The notes under the pieces: generated by a model
What the model saw: the letters and a program-made list of their open reading frames with translations, nothing else
Databases searched by the model: none
What the model was told of the DNA's origin: nothing
NCBI GenBank assembly: GCA_016432625.1
Contig: CP066697.1
Coordinates: forward strand, 81,415-145,414
Direction of reading: 5' to 3'
DNA length: 64,000 bases
Origin: Candidatus Berkelbacteria bacterium
Lineage (GTDB): Bacteria > Patescibacteriota > UBA1384 > 2-12-FULL-50-11
Position numbers and translations under genes: made by a program
Part shown: in pieces, positions 36,276 through 45,497 of the stretch
Layout: each line of letters starts with the position of its first letter
How positions within the stretch are numbered: position 1 is the first letter of the stretch

Positions 36276-36413
36276 TTATTGCCCCTCTTCGGCGTGGTAC
36301 TCAATCCCATAAATAATGGCATCGCTCTTAGCTACCATCATGCTTAAGGTGCCAATCAGTAGCAAAGCGAATATAAGCAACGATACTTTTAGGGTGGTTG
36401 AGGCCTCCTCCAT
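36276..36413 (-). CDS. 45-aa paralog C of the same N-terminal module
   Basis: MEEASTTLKVSLLIFALLLIGTLSMMVAKSDAIIYGIEYHAEEGQ*. Confidence 0.6.
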   Translation of the reverse strand: MEEASTTLKVSLLIFALLLIGTLSMMVAKSDAIIYGIEYHAEEGQ

Positions 36414-36493
36414 CTCTTCACCAGCTTACGCGGAGCGTGGCCAACCTGTCAATCTGGTCGCGTTGACGCTCAAACCCGGCAGAAATATGCGCA

Positions 36494-36600
36494 CCGGGAT
36501 ATTCCATCCCTAGCGAAAGCGCCTCAGCGGCGCTATACCCGCCGGGATATTCCATCCCTAGGGAAAGTCGGCGCGCTTTACGATATGCACCGCGCCGACT
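36494..36600 (+). repeat. 20-bp direct repeat with hairpins in the rny leader
   Basis: ccgggatattccatccctag at 36494-36513 and 36542-36561. Confidence 0.85.
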
Positions 36601-36662
36601 ATACTGTCCTAAGCTAATAAAATAATAATTTAACCTACCAATGATTCAGAAAGGAATTCATT

Positions 36663-38150
36663 ATGACACCGTTAACAATCGCCATCCTGGCAGGGCTGGG
36701 GGGTCTTGCGGTTGGCTATGTTGTGCGTCAAGTGCTTTTGACAAGGAGCCAGGAGGAAGTCGAAGCTAAGCGCAAAGAAATTCTCCTTGCTGCGAAAGAA
36801 GAGGCTCTTAAACTAAAAGAAGAAGGCAAAAAAGAGCTCGAAGATAAATCTAAAGACATCACCAAGGCCGAGGCCCAACTGCGGGAGCGGGAATCTTCTA
36901 TCGAGCGTCGGATGGAAAAGATCGAGGCCGAGAAGGCCGATCTGGAAGTTCAAGCCCAAGATCTCGAAGCTAGTCGTCAGGAAGTTAGTCGGTTGCGGGA
37001 GCAGGAAGAGACTGAACTAGAAAAACTTGCCAAATTAAACAAAGAGGACGCCCGCGAACTGTTGCTCGGCAAAATTGAAAAAGATTACTCCGACGACATG
37101 ATCCGTAAGATTCGTTCGATGCGCGAGACCATGAAGAAACACTGGGAGCAAGAAGCGCGCGAAATCATCACTACCGTTATCGAACGCATGGCGACAGAAC
37201 AGACTGCTGAAATGACAGTCACTTCCGTTTCTCTGCCAAACGATGAGATAAAAGGCAAAATTATCGGTAAAGAAGGTCGCAATATTCAGGCATTCGAGAA
37301 AGCAACGGGCGTTGATTTGGTAATCGATGAAACGCCAGAGACGGTCCTTATTTCAAGCTTCGATCCGATCCGCCGCGCAGTGGCCGTTAAAGCCCTGCAA
37401 GCATTAATAAAAGACGGCCGGATTCAGCCAACTAAAATTGAGGAACTTGTTAAAAAAGCTCAAGACCAAGTTGAAGACGAAATCCGCGAAGCTGGAGAGG
37501 CCGCCGTACAGGAGGTTGGTATTACCGGTCTGCACCAGGAGTTGATCAGACTGCTTGGCTCAATGAAGTTTCGTACTAGTTACGGTCAGAACCAGTTAGC
37601 CCACGCGATTGAAGTTGCTCATATTGCCGCGCTTCTTGCCAAAGAAGTTGGCGCCGATGTGAATATCACCAAAAAGGGTGCGTTACTGCACGATATCGGT
37701 AAAGCAATTTCCCACGAGTACGAAGGCTCGCACATTGAGGCCGGCGTTGAACTGGCCCGCAAGTACGGCTTAAGCGAAGAGGTTGTCCATTGTATTGAGG
37801 CTAGCCACGAAGAAGTTGACGCCAAATCATTGGAAGCGATCTTGTCGCGCACAGCTGATGCAATTTCATCGGCTCGCCCTGGAGCTCGTCGCGAATCCAC
37901 GGAGCAACATATAAAACGAATGACTGAGCTAGAGAATATTGCTAACTCATTCACTGGAGTTGAGAAATCATTCGCTATTCAAGCTGGCCGCGAGATCCGC
38001 GTTTTGGTGCGCCCAGAGCAGATTGATGATCTGACAGCCATGAAGCTAGCGCGTGATATAGCCAATAAAATTGAAGCCGACTTACAATACCCGGGCACGG
38101 TTAAAGTCAACGTAATTCGCGAGACGCGGTTTGCCGAACTAGCCCGCTAG
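36663..38150 (+). CDS. rny: Ribonuclease Y
   Basis: TM, coiled coil, KH (KGKIIGKEGRNI), RTSYGQN, LLHDIGK, SSARPGAR. Confidence 0.97.
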   Translation: MTPLTIAILAGLGGLAVGYVVRQVLLTRSQEEVEAKRKEILLAAKEEALKLKEEGKKELEDKSKDITKAEAQLRERESSIERRMEKIEAEKADLEVQAQDLEASRQEVSRLREQEETELEKLAKLNKEDARELLLGKIEKDYSDDMIRKIRSMRETMKKHWEQEAREIITTVIERMATEQTAEMTVTSVSLPNDEIKGKIIGKEGRNIQAFEKATGVDLVIDETPETVLISSFDPIRRAVAVKALQALIKDGRIQPTKIEELVKKAQDQVEDEIREAGEAAVQEVGITGLHQELIRLLGSMKFRTSYGQNQLAHAIEVAHIAALLAKEVGADVNITKKGALLHDIGKAISHEYEGSHIEAGVELARKYGLSEEVVHCIEASHEEVDAKSLEAILSRTADAISSARPGARRESTEQHIKRMTELENIANSFTGVEKSFAIQAGREIRVLVRPEQIDDLTAMKLARDIANKIEADLQYPGTVKVNVIRETRFAELAR

Positions 38151-38165
38151 AGGTACGCTAGAGCC

Positions 38166-38381
38166 ATGGATAAAGCCGAACTAGCGAAAAAACTCGCTTC
38201 CAAGTCGCGCCTCAACGAGAAAGAAGCCACCGAATTTATCGAGTCGTTTACAGAAGTCATGGCCGAATACTTCAAAAAGGGTGAAAAAGTAGTGATTGCC
38301 GAGTTTGGCAGTTTCACGATTGGTGACAATAAAACAGTTCAGTTCAACCCATCAGCCAAGCTCAAGGATTTAGTCGGTTAG
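38166..38381 (+). CDS. HU family DNA-binding protein (short, arm-less)
   Basis: MDKAELA..GEKV.I..FGSF..V.F.PS.KLKD. Confidence 0.85.
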   Translation: MDKAELAKKLASKSRLNEKEATEFIESFTEVMAEYFKKGEKVVIAEFGSFTIGDNKTVQFNPSAKLKDLVG

Positions 38382-38386
38382 AATTG

Positions 38387-38459
38387 TGCCCTCGGTAGGA
38401 GTTGCACCTACGACCAACTCCTTAGGACGGAGCTGCTCTGTCTACTGAGCTACGAGGGC
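38387..38459 (-). tRNA. tRNA-Arg(CCT)
   Basis: GCCCTCG TAGCTCAGTAGACAGAGC A GCTCC-GTCCTAA-GGAGT ... GTAGG-TGCAACT-CCTAC CGAGGGC A. Confidence 0.88.
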
Positions 38460-38511
38460 AAAAAGGCGGGGCGACCGAAGCCGCCCCTTTATTGTAGTCC
38501 CTTGCGGGACA

Positions 38512-38904
38512 CTAGTCTCGACGAGAGGGGTCCATCTCTTCCTGTTTGCTGGTCCCGACGTATAACATCAGCCAAACGAACACTTCCCAGGCAGCCAACA
38601 GGCTGATCTTAAGCTCCACCCAAAAGCCAAAACGTGGCTGGTCCGACCTGCTTGCTTCCTGAGGAATGTTTGGCAGCTGCCAAAGTACCTCCCAAGCTGC
38701 GAGTAAGCCAATCCAGAAGTTCTCACGACGCGACAATTTCCTTTGTTCCGTCACTTCGAGAGTTAGTCTTGGTTGAGTGAGAAGCTCAGACTTTGGGGTG
38801 CCGAGCGGCAATGATGCCAAGTCGAGAGTATGTGACCCTTCTTCAATGATTGTTGGGTACGTATCTGCTAGTGTGGGCTCGCCCACCTTGCCCTCCGTCC
38901 TCAT
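38512..38904 (-). CDS. Hypothetical protein with duplicated LLAAWEV motif
   Basis: Start moved out of the tRNA to ATG 38904; followed by hairpins at 38463-38510. Confidence 0.5.
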   Translation of the reverse strand: MRTEGKVGEPTLADTYPTIIEEGSHTLDLASLPLGTPKSELLTQPRLTLEVTEQRKLSRRENFWIGLLAAWEVLWQLPNIPQEASRSDQPRFGFWVELKISLLAAWEVFVWLMLYVGTSKQEEMDPSRRD

Positions 38905-38968
38905 CCTTGTTGGAGAGTGGATGAATTGTACTGCAACAGGTATAATTGTCAAGCATTTGAGCTGTTTT

Positions 38969-39044
38969 CGGGCTGTGGCGCAGTTGGTAGCGCGCGCGAT
39001 TCGGGTTCGCGAGGTCGTGGGTTCAAATCCCGCCAGCCCGACCA
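38969..39044 (+). tRNA. tRNA-Pro(CGG)
   Basis: CGGGCTG TGGCGCAGTTGGTAGCGC G CGCGA-TTCGGGT-TCGCG ... GTTCAAATC ... CAGCCCG ACCA. Confidence 0.95.
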
Positions 39045-39689
39045 ATGAATATTCCGCCAAGCGGCAAACTTTTCGCGATCTACAAACCTAAAGGACCAAG
39101 CTCCCACGACGTTTTGTACCCGCTCAAGCGCAAGTATAAAGGTGAAAAAGTCGGCCATGCCGGCACGCTTGACCCGCTTGCAAGTGGGGTATTAGTTGTT
39201 GCCGTAGGGCGTCAAGCCACTAAAAAGCTCCACTTGGCAGAATTTTCGGAAAAAGAATATGTCACCACCATTAAACTTGGTGCTTACAGTACAACTGACG
39301 ACGACGAGGGGGGAAAAGAAGACATTGCTGTCTCGGAAGCTCCCTCGCTCGATACAGTGAAACGCGCTGTTCGCAGTTTTGTAGGGCAGATCAGCCAAGT
39401 TCCGCCACAATTTAGTGCCGTTAAGAAAGCTGGCCAGCCGGCCTATAAGGGGGCGCGACGTGGCGAGCGGGTCGAGCTCGCGCCACGGCCAGTGGAAGTT
39501 AAGGGCATAGATATCATTGAATATAATTGGCCGCTGTTGAAGCTGCGCGTCGTGACTGGTCGCGGCGTTTATATCCGCTCTCTCGCTCGCGATATTGGCA
39601 AGGCGCTAAAAACGGGTGGTTTTGTACTCGAGCTTGAGCGGACACGTGTTGGGAATTTCCGTCGAGAAGATGCAATAGAGAGTCTCTAA
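39045..39689 (+). CDS. truB: tRNA pseudouridine(55) synthase
   Basis: KPKG.SSHDV, KVGHAGTLDPLASGVL, KEY, VPP.FSAVK, G.YIRSLARDIG. Confidence 0.96.
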   Translation: MNIPPSGKLFAIYKPKGPSSHDVLYPLKRKYKGEKVGHAGTLDPLASGVLVVAVGRQATKKLHLAEFSEKEYVTTIKLGAYSTTDDDEGGKEDIAVSEAPSLDTVKRAVRSFVGQISQVPPQFSAVKKAGQPAYKGARRGERVELAPRPVEVKGIDIIEYNWPLLKLRVVTGRGVYIRSLARDIGKALKTGGFVLELERTRVGNFRREDAIESL

Positions 39690-39742
39690 CTAGCCACTTG
39701 GCCGGTTTTTCTCTACACTAGGCCTATGGATAGGATGACCAG

Positions 39743-40783
39743 ATGAACAGAATAGATATCTCAACTTCGACCATGCTGCGCTTCCTTCTGATCCTACTTG
39801 GACTTTGGTTGCTTTACGTGACGCGCGATATTCTGGTTCTGCTTTTCATGGTTTTGATTATAGTTGCCGCACTCTCGCCGACAGTAGACCGTTGGGCGCG
39901 CTATCTGACGAGACCGGGTGCTGTAGTAGCAATTTTCCTACTAATCTTTGTTTTCCTAGCCTTAATTTTCTCACTACTAATTCCGCCATTTGTTGAACAG
40001 CTGCGAGAATTCAGCCTGAACTTACCGCTCTATGCCGACCAGTTGAGTCGGACTGACAATCCAGGGTTTATCGAAGCGTTGATTAATATAATCAAAGACA
40101 ACTTAAACGCTATTTCTTCACAACTAAGTAACTTTGGTACCAATGTTCTGTCGCGCACCGTTGGCGTCATTAGCGGGGTTGTAGCGGTAGTCACTGTAAT
40201 CGTGCTCAGCTTCTATCTGTTGCTCGAAGAAGAGGGCTTGCGAAAGATTTATCGAGGCCTCTTGCCTGATGAGTGGCACGTACCGTTCACAGAGATAACT
40301 CGCAAGATCGCGATTAAATTAGGAGCCTGGCTGCGCGGGCAAGTGACGTTAATGGCGGTTGTGGGGTTACTGACCAGCGTCGGATTATTACTAATTGGCC
40401 AGCCGTATGCCTTAACGCTTGGTGTTTGGTCCGGGCTGACCGAAGTCGTGCCAATTGTTGGTCCATGGATCGGTGCAGTTCCAGGTGTCGTTATCGGTTT
40501 AACCGATTCACCGTTGCAGGGTTTTCTAGCACTGGTCGTTTACGTTGTCGTTCAGCAGCTTGAAAACACGATTTTGGTGCCGAAGATCATGGGTAAAGCC
40601 GTTGGCCTCAATCCGTTTGTTGTTATCGTTGCCATCCTTGTTGGCGGCAAGCTCTACGGCTTAACGGGTGTCTTATTGTCGGTGCCGCTAGCCGCCGCCA
40701 TTAGCGTCATAGTTGAAGACTGGGCTGTTATTCATCAAACAGTGCGTCCCCGCGGCAAACAGAAATCTCTAGAGCAGGTCTGA
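39743..40783 (+). CDS. AI-2E family transporter
   Basis: WLRGQ, VP.VGP, VQQLENTILVPKIMG..VGL.P, G..GVLL.VP. Confidence 0.92.
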   Translation: MNRIDISTSTMLRFLLILLGLWLLYVTRDILVLLFMVLIIVAALSPTVDRWARYLTRPGAVVAIFLLIFVFLALIFSLLIPPFVEQLREFSLNLPLYADQLSRTDNPGFIEALINIIKDNLNAISSQLSNFGTNVLSRTVGVISGVVAVVTVIVLSFYLLLEEEGLRKIYRGLLPDEWHVPFTEITRKIAIKLGAWLRGQVTLMAVVGLLTSVGLLLIGQPYALTLGVWSGLTEVVPIVGPWIGAVPGVVIGLTDSPLQGFLALVVYVVVQQLENTILVPKIMGKAVGLNPFVVIVAILVGGKLYGLTGVLLSVPLAAAISVIVEDWAVIHQTVRPRGKQKSLEQV

Positions 40784-40788
40784 AGTCG

Positions 40789-41952
40789 ATGAAAATTCTA
40801 GTCGGGTCACTTACCTACCCGTTACCAAACGGAGTGACTAACTCCATTAACGTTTCTTTGGACGGGTTTAAAGAAGCTGGCCATGAGCTAATAGTCGTTG
40901 CGCCGGACTACGGGACTGGCAAGTTTAGGCCTGAGCACTATCCAGTGGCGTCCTCAAGGATACTGGAAATTGTTAGCGGTTCGTATGGAAACGGCGAACG
41001 ATTCTTTTCGCTTAAGGCGGCTGGACAGATTCAGCGCATAATCGCCGAGCTGAATCCTGACGCCTATTGGCTACACACAGTTACTTGGGCGCCCAATATT
41101 TTTGAGGTAATAATGGCTCAGCAGCGAAAGCCGCGTGTTGTAACTTATCACACAAATATCGATTACTACGGACGAGTCTACGCTGGCGCTGTTGGGGAAA
41201 AGCATATGGCTGAACGCAGTCGTGAAGTCTGTCAGGCCGTTGAACAAATTATTGTCCCAAGCCACCAAATTGAGGAGAAGCTACGCGCGCTTGATGTTAG
41301 TAAGCCAATCGCGGTTATCCCTACGGGTATTCCACCAGCTCACGGGGCCTTAACGCCGAAAGAGCTCCGTCAGCGTTATTCAATTCCTCAGGAAAACAAG
41401 GTCTTACTTTTCACAGGTCGTTTGGTTCGTGAAAAAAATATTTCCGGCTTAATACAAATGATGGCTGATTTGTGTAAGCTTCGCTCTGACGTATCGCTAC
41501 TATTGATAGGACCGGGCGTCCACAAAGATTTTGAAACGGAGGCCGAAAGCTTAGGGGTCAAAAAAAATATTGTCATGGCTGGCCAAGCCTCTGCCCAGGA
41601 AGTTCGGCGTCACTACCCAGCCGCAGACGCGTTCGTCTCTGCCTCGCAGCACGAAACCCAGGGCCTAGTCATCGGCGAGGCGATGTACGCGGGATTGCCG
41701 GTAATTGCGCTTGATTCGCCGATACGGGAAGAGTTTTATCCTCAAAGCGTGGCGGTTGTCGTATCAGAACAAGCGTCATTTGCTGCTTCGGTGAACAAAG
41801 TTTTAAACGATGAAAAGTTAGCGCTTAAACTCACTGAGGCGGGTAAGAAGTTCTTTGCCAAAAACTTCGCGGTTCAACTAATGATTGATAGACAGATTAA
41901 GTTGTTCAATAGTGTTGTCGGCCCAGCTACACCCAAGCCGCCAACATCTTAG
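40789..41952 (+). CDS. Glycosyltransferase family 4
   Basis: P.PNGV, TYHT, IPTGI, GRL.REKN, S.HETQGLV.GEAM..GLPV. Confidence 0.92.
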   Translation: MKILVGSLTYPLPNGVTNSINVSLDGFKEAGHELIVVAPDYGTGKFRPEHYPVASSRILEIVSGSYGNGERFFSLKAAGQIQRIIAELNPDAYWLHTVTWAPNIFEVIMAQQRKPRVVTYHTNIDYYGRVYAGAVGEKHMAERSREVCQAVEQIIVPSHQIEEKLRALDVSKPIAVIPTGIPPAHGALTPKELRQRYSIPQENKVLLFTGRLVREKNISGLIQMMADLCKLRSDVSLLLIGPGVHKDFETEAESLGVKKNIVMAGQASAQEVRRHYPAADAFVSASQHETQGLVIGEAMYAGLPVIALDSPIREEFYPQSVAVVVSEQASFAASVNKVLNDEKLALKLTEAGKKFFAKNFAVQLMIDRQIKLFNSVVGPATPKPPTS

Positions 41953-41962
41953 ACGTAAAGTG

Positions 41963-42036
<74 letters not shown>

Positions 42037-42041
42037 AAATG

Positions 42042-42122
42042 TAGGCGGGGTGGGACTCGAACCCACAAGCCTTGCGGCAGCGGATTTTAAGTCCGCCGCG
42101 TATACCGTTCCGCCACCCGCCC
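42042..42122 (-). tRNA. tRNA-Leu(TAA)
   Basis: GGGCGGG TGGCGGAACGGTATACGC G GCGGA-CTTAAAA-TCCGC, variable arm GCCGCAAGGC, GTTCGAGTC. Confidence 0.95.
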
Positions 42123-42129
42123 ATATGAG

Positions 42130-43065
42130 CTAGTTAATTTTACCGGAAAGGAGTTCTTTTGTCGCGAGGAAACCACTCGCTTTTTGCGTGCCCCGTCCAC
42201 CGAAATATTTAACTAATCGTCGCAAATCAATGTTTGGTTTTCGAGTTCTCAGACTAACTTTCCAGCCCTTATCTACCTCAACTAGCACCATCGCCACCTT
42301 GGCGCCTTGTAACATGACTAGGTTATTAGCTAAACCGGCCGCGTCCTCAACGCTGGAGCCTACTTTTTCAAGCGTCGATCGATCCACTTTAGCGACGGCT
42401 ATGCCCAGTTTGTTGATAAGCGTATTGGAAAGCACCTCGCCCCATAAGCGTGTTTTAAACAGCGTCCGTCTAGATTCAAAAGCCTGGTGGAGCAGCTCCA
42501 AGTTGGCGCCATGGCTGATTAATCGACTGGCCATGCGCAAGGTCTCGCTCGAAGTATTTGGGTGTCGAAAGCCGCCGGTGTCGGTATATATTCCGAGCAA
42601 TAGACAGTCCGCTACTTTGCCATTAATTGGCACACGCAACTCGTGCAAGCAACGCCCAATAAGTTCCGCCGTCGAACTGACACCGGGGTCATGTACTGAA
42701 GCGTCAACGTGCTTACCTATGCTACAGCCGGAGTGATGGTCAAACGCAATGATACGACGTTTCTCTAACTTTGCTTTATTCAGGGCGTCTTCGAAACCGG
42801 TCCGATGCCATTGAGCGCAATCTAATAGGACGACTAGCCCCTTATTCTGTGAGAATTCACGTCCAATGGGCACTTTGCCTAAAAGTGGCAAGAAAACTTC
42901 TGGTACGGTAGTTGCGCAAACAATCTCAACTTTCTTCCTGTGTCTAAAAGCGTGGAAGAGCGCGGCTGCGCTACCCAGCGCGTCACCGTCAGGACGTTCA
43001 TGGACAACAATACTTAGAGACGTAGAGCGATATACTTCCTGGCAGACGTCTTTCCAGCCAGTCAT
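42130..43065 (-). CDS. DHH/DHHA1 phosphoesterase (NrnA-like)
   Basis: HERPDGDALGS, DHH, SSTAE, TDTGGF, SLR, GG.G...ASG. Confidence 0.9.
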   Translation of the reverse strand: MTGWKDVCQEVYRSTSLSIVVHERPDGDALGSAAALFHAFRHRKKVEIVCATTVPEVFLPLLGKVPIGREFSQNKGLVVLLDCAQWHRTGFEDALNKAKLEKRRIIAFDHHSGCSIGKHVDASVHDPGVSSTAELIGRCLHELRVPINGKVADCLLLGIYTDTGGFRHPNTSSETLRMASRLISHGANLELLHQAFESRRTLFKTRLWGEVLSNTLINKLGIAVAKVDRSTLEKVGSSVEDAAGLANNLVMLQGAKVAMVLVEVDKGWKVSLRTRKPNIDLRRLVKYFGGRGTQKASGFLATKELLSGKIN

Positions 43066-43529
43066 TCGGTCAGCCGATAAAGTTCGCGTCCCTCCAAAGG
43101 CAACGTAGCCTCGGTTAATTTCAATATATCTCGGTCTTCAATTTTCAGGGCCCCTTGAATTTCTTCTATAGGAGTCTGGAAACAAAATACAACAACATTC
43201 GGATCGTACGTTTCTAATAGCTCGTTGGTTTTCGGTTTGTCTAGTGTAGAAATGGCGGGGTCAATTAGGAGGATGTTACAAGGACTAAACTGACTTTTTT
43301 CAAAAGACGTCGGCTTGTCGGCACTGAAAATGTAGGCAATCTGTAGTTTTTCCCAAACAAGTAGTGCCGCTTGAGTGCCGTAAACAATCTCTACGCCCTC
43401 GACTTCGTACTCGCCTGGTTCGTCGAATGCTTGATCCTCAAGCTTTATCTTGCCGCCGGCAAGAGTAATGGTTCGCGACCGGTCCGTTAGTTCGTATTCG
43501 CCGTTTTTGGCTACGCGAATTTGGACCAT
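43062..43529 (-). CDS. Degenerate MBL-fold-like protein
   Basis: F..PGEYEV.GV motif; metal-binding His residues not seen. Confidence 0.55.
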   Translation of the reverse strand: MVQIRVAKNGEYELTDRSRTITLAGGKIKLEDQAFDEPGEYEVEGVEIVYGTQAALLVWEKLQIAYIFSADKPTSFEKSQFSPCNILLIDPAISTLDKPKTNELLETYDPNVVVFCFQTPIEEIQGALKIEDRDILKLTEATLPLEGRELYRLTE

Positions 43530-43531
43530 TG

Positions 43532-44614
43532 CTACTTGTCTTCCGTCTTAGTTTCGGCGAGTTTGAGAGAAATCTTACGCAGCTCTGGCTCGATAGAAAT
43601 AACTTCGAACTCGTACTGCTTACTTTCCTGGACTAACTCTTCCGGCTTGCCGCCTCCCATTTGGGAAACATGAAACAGACCTTCTAAGTTGTCGCTGATT
43701 TTAACGAAGGCGCCGTACGGGGTTACTTGCGTAACCGTGCCAGTAGCTTTGCCGCCCACTTCAAGGTTCTTAACCTCAGTCTGCCACGGGTCTGGCAGGA
43801 GCTTTTTGATAGAGAGCGAGACGCGACCGGCATCAATATTGACGACTTCAGCCTCAATTTCTTGACCAACCTTAAAGTGGTCTTTCAGGTTATTGATTCG
43901 CTGCCAGGAAACCTGGGAGATGTGGACCAAGCCTTCGAGCTCGCCGATATCGACAAAGAGCCCAAAATCAACGATGCCAGTAATGTTGCCTTTGACCTTT
44001 TGCCCAATCTCAAACTTCTGCGCCTTTTCTTCTAGGTCCGAATCAACCACTGCCTTTTCGGAGAAGATTATCTTCTTAGCGTTTTTGTCGTAGCTAATAA
44101 TTTTTACCGGCAAATTTGAGCCGATAAGCTCGCTTAATTTCTTTTTAATTTTTAGTCTGTCGCCGCCAACGCGCGGGTAATTCTTGGCTGAGAGTTGACT
44201 CACGGGAATGAAGCCCTGCATGTTGTTGTACTCGGCAACTAACCCACCTTTATTGGCCTGGACGATGCGAACGTTCAGGATTTCGCCCTCATTGTTACGC
44301 TGCTCGAGCATATTCCAGATGCGCTCGCGCTCGGCCTTCTTCAAACTTAGAATTACGTAACCGTTGTCATTTTCGGTCGAAACGACGTAAGCCTGGATCT
44401 TTTCGCCAGGATCTACTTTAGTACCAGCGGTCGAAAACTCTTTTTCCGGAATGATGCCAGTTGCCAAGCCCGCAACGTCAACCATAATGTTGTCGCGTGA
44501 GCTGGAGAGAACGGTCACCTCGACAACGTCTCCTTGGTTAAAGGGAATGAGCGAGTCGCCCATGAGCTCAACGAGCTCGGCCATTGTCTTCGGTCCTTGA
44601 GTTGTTTTTGCCAT
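43532..44614 (-). CDS. rpsA: 30S ribosomal protein S1 (four S1 domains)
   Basis: ILSLKKA, NKGGL..GFIPVSQL, DFGLFVD..GLVHISQVSW, YGAFV..GLFHVS; start at MAKTT. Confidence 0.93.
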   Translation of the reverse strand: MAKTTQGPKTMAELVELMGDSLIPFNQGDVVEVTVLSSSRDNIMVDVAGLATGIIPEKEFSTAGTKVDPGEKIQAYVVSTENDNGYVILSLKKAERERIWNMLEQRNNEGEILNVRIVQANKGGLVAEYNNMQGFIPVSQLSAKNYPRVGGDRLKIKKKLSELIGSNLPVKIISYDKNAKKIIFSEKAVVDSDLEEKAQKFEIGQKVKGNITGIVDFGLFVDIGELEGLVHISQVSWQRINNLKDHFKVGQEIEAEVVNIDAGRVSLSIKKLLPDPWQTEVKNLEVGGKATGTVTQVTPYGAFVKISDNLEGLFHVSQMGGGKPEELVQESKQYEFEVISIEPELRKISLKLAETKTEDK

Positions 44615-44621
44615 CAAAATA

Positions 44622-45137
44622 TTATTTTCCTTTCCTGCGTGGTGCCTTAGTGGCGCCAGTCGCATTAGTAGGAAGATACCTGAAAAAGCGCTCCTTTTCA
44701 AGGTGAGCAACCCGTTTGGCCGGCAGCTGCCGTGTGATGTGAAATACTACCCAGCCAAGCCAAACTAAGGCGACGAGGATGATACTGCCAAGCAGGAGGC
44801 GGCTAGAAAGATAGGCGAGCTGTTGAACTCGGAAAAACCAGTAAGCAGGGAGCATTATCGCCACGAAAAAGAAGATATTGCTCAGTTGATTCTGGGCTAC
44901 TTCGTAAATTGGTGTCGAGACGTGAAGATTTTTGAGACGGCGACGCCAGACTTCCAGTAGAATCAAGAATAATAAAGTAAGCACGAGGCCGAAAGTGTAG
45001 TACGGCGAGCCGCTAGTTAGCGGGTCGTTCGTCCAAAAATCAGCCGTAAAGACATTTTTCCATTCCGCAGTAGGAAACTGCTGCGTTGCTAGAAAATCTC
45101 TAATTGTTGCGAATCTTGAAGTAAAAAATTCTTTCAT
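44622..45137 (-). CDS. Three-TM membrane protein
   Basis: FFR.QQL.YLS.R and RYLP motifs. Confidence 0.7.
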   Translation of the reverse strand: MKEFFTSRFATIRDFLATQQFPTAEWKNVFTADFWTNDPLTSGSPYYTFGLVLTLLFLILLEVWRRRLKNLHVSTPIYEVAQNQLSNIFFFVAIMLPAYWFFRVQQLAYLSSRLLLGSIILVALVWLGWVVFHITRQLPAKRVAHLEKERFFRYLPTNATGATKAPRRKGK

Positions 45138-45141
45138 TTGA

Positions 45142-45350
45142 TGTCTCAGGATCAGAATCGGGCACTTCGTGCCGAAGGTCAGAATCCTCGCGTTTCACGC
45201 TTGGTTCTTCTCTTCGTCCCAAATCGCTTCCGCGATTTGTGCCGAAGGTCAGAATCTTTGCCTGCGGCAAAGTTCTTCCCGTTCGACATGGTCAAGCCAG
45301 CATCCACACTTCGTGTGAACTCTGGCTCAACTGTGCCGAAGGTCAGAATC
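45142..45350 (-). repeat. Array of tRNA-Phe 3'-end repeats with hairpin spacers
   Basis: gtgccgaaggtcagaatc at 45169, 45239 and 45333 (the last within the tRNA); degenerate copy at 45142-45159. Confidence 0.9.
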
Positions 45351-45405
45351 GAACTGACGACACCACGCTCTTCAGGCGCGTGCTCTACCACTGAGCTACT
45401 TCGGC
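45334..45405 (-). tRNA. tRNA-Phe(GAA)
   Basis: GCCGAAG TAGCTCAGTGGTAGAGC A CGCGC-CTGAAGA-GCGTG ... GTCAG-TTCGATT-CTGAC CTTCGGC A. Confidence 0.95.
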
Positions 45406-45447
45406 TTTTAACTACTGGTTATTTTACCGAACTTTTAGGGTAGGGAA

Positions 45448-45477
45448 AAGGCGGCAGGTATGGATGCCTGCCGCCTT
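45448..45477. terminator. Hairpin terminator after the MaoC-like gene
   Basis: aaggcggcaggta-tgga-tgcctgccgcctt. Confidence 0.75.
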
Positions 45478-45497
45478 AACGATAGTGGCCCGGGAGC

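Noticed and set aside
45142-45350. CRISPR array
   Set aside because: The repeat is an 18-bp tRNA 3' end, the spacers are unequal (52 and 76 bp) and structured, and no cas genes are in the window.
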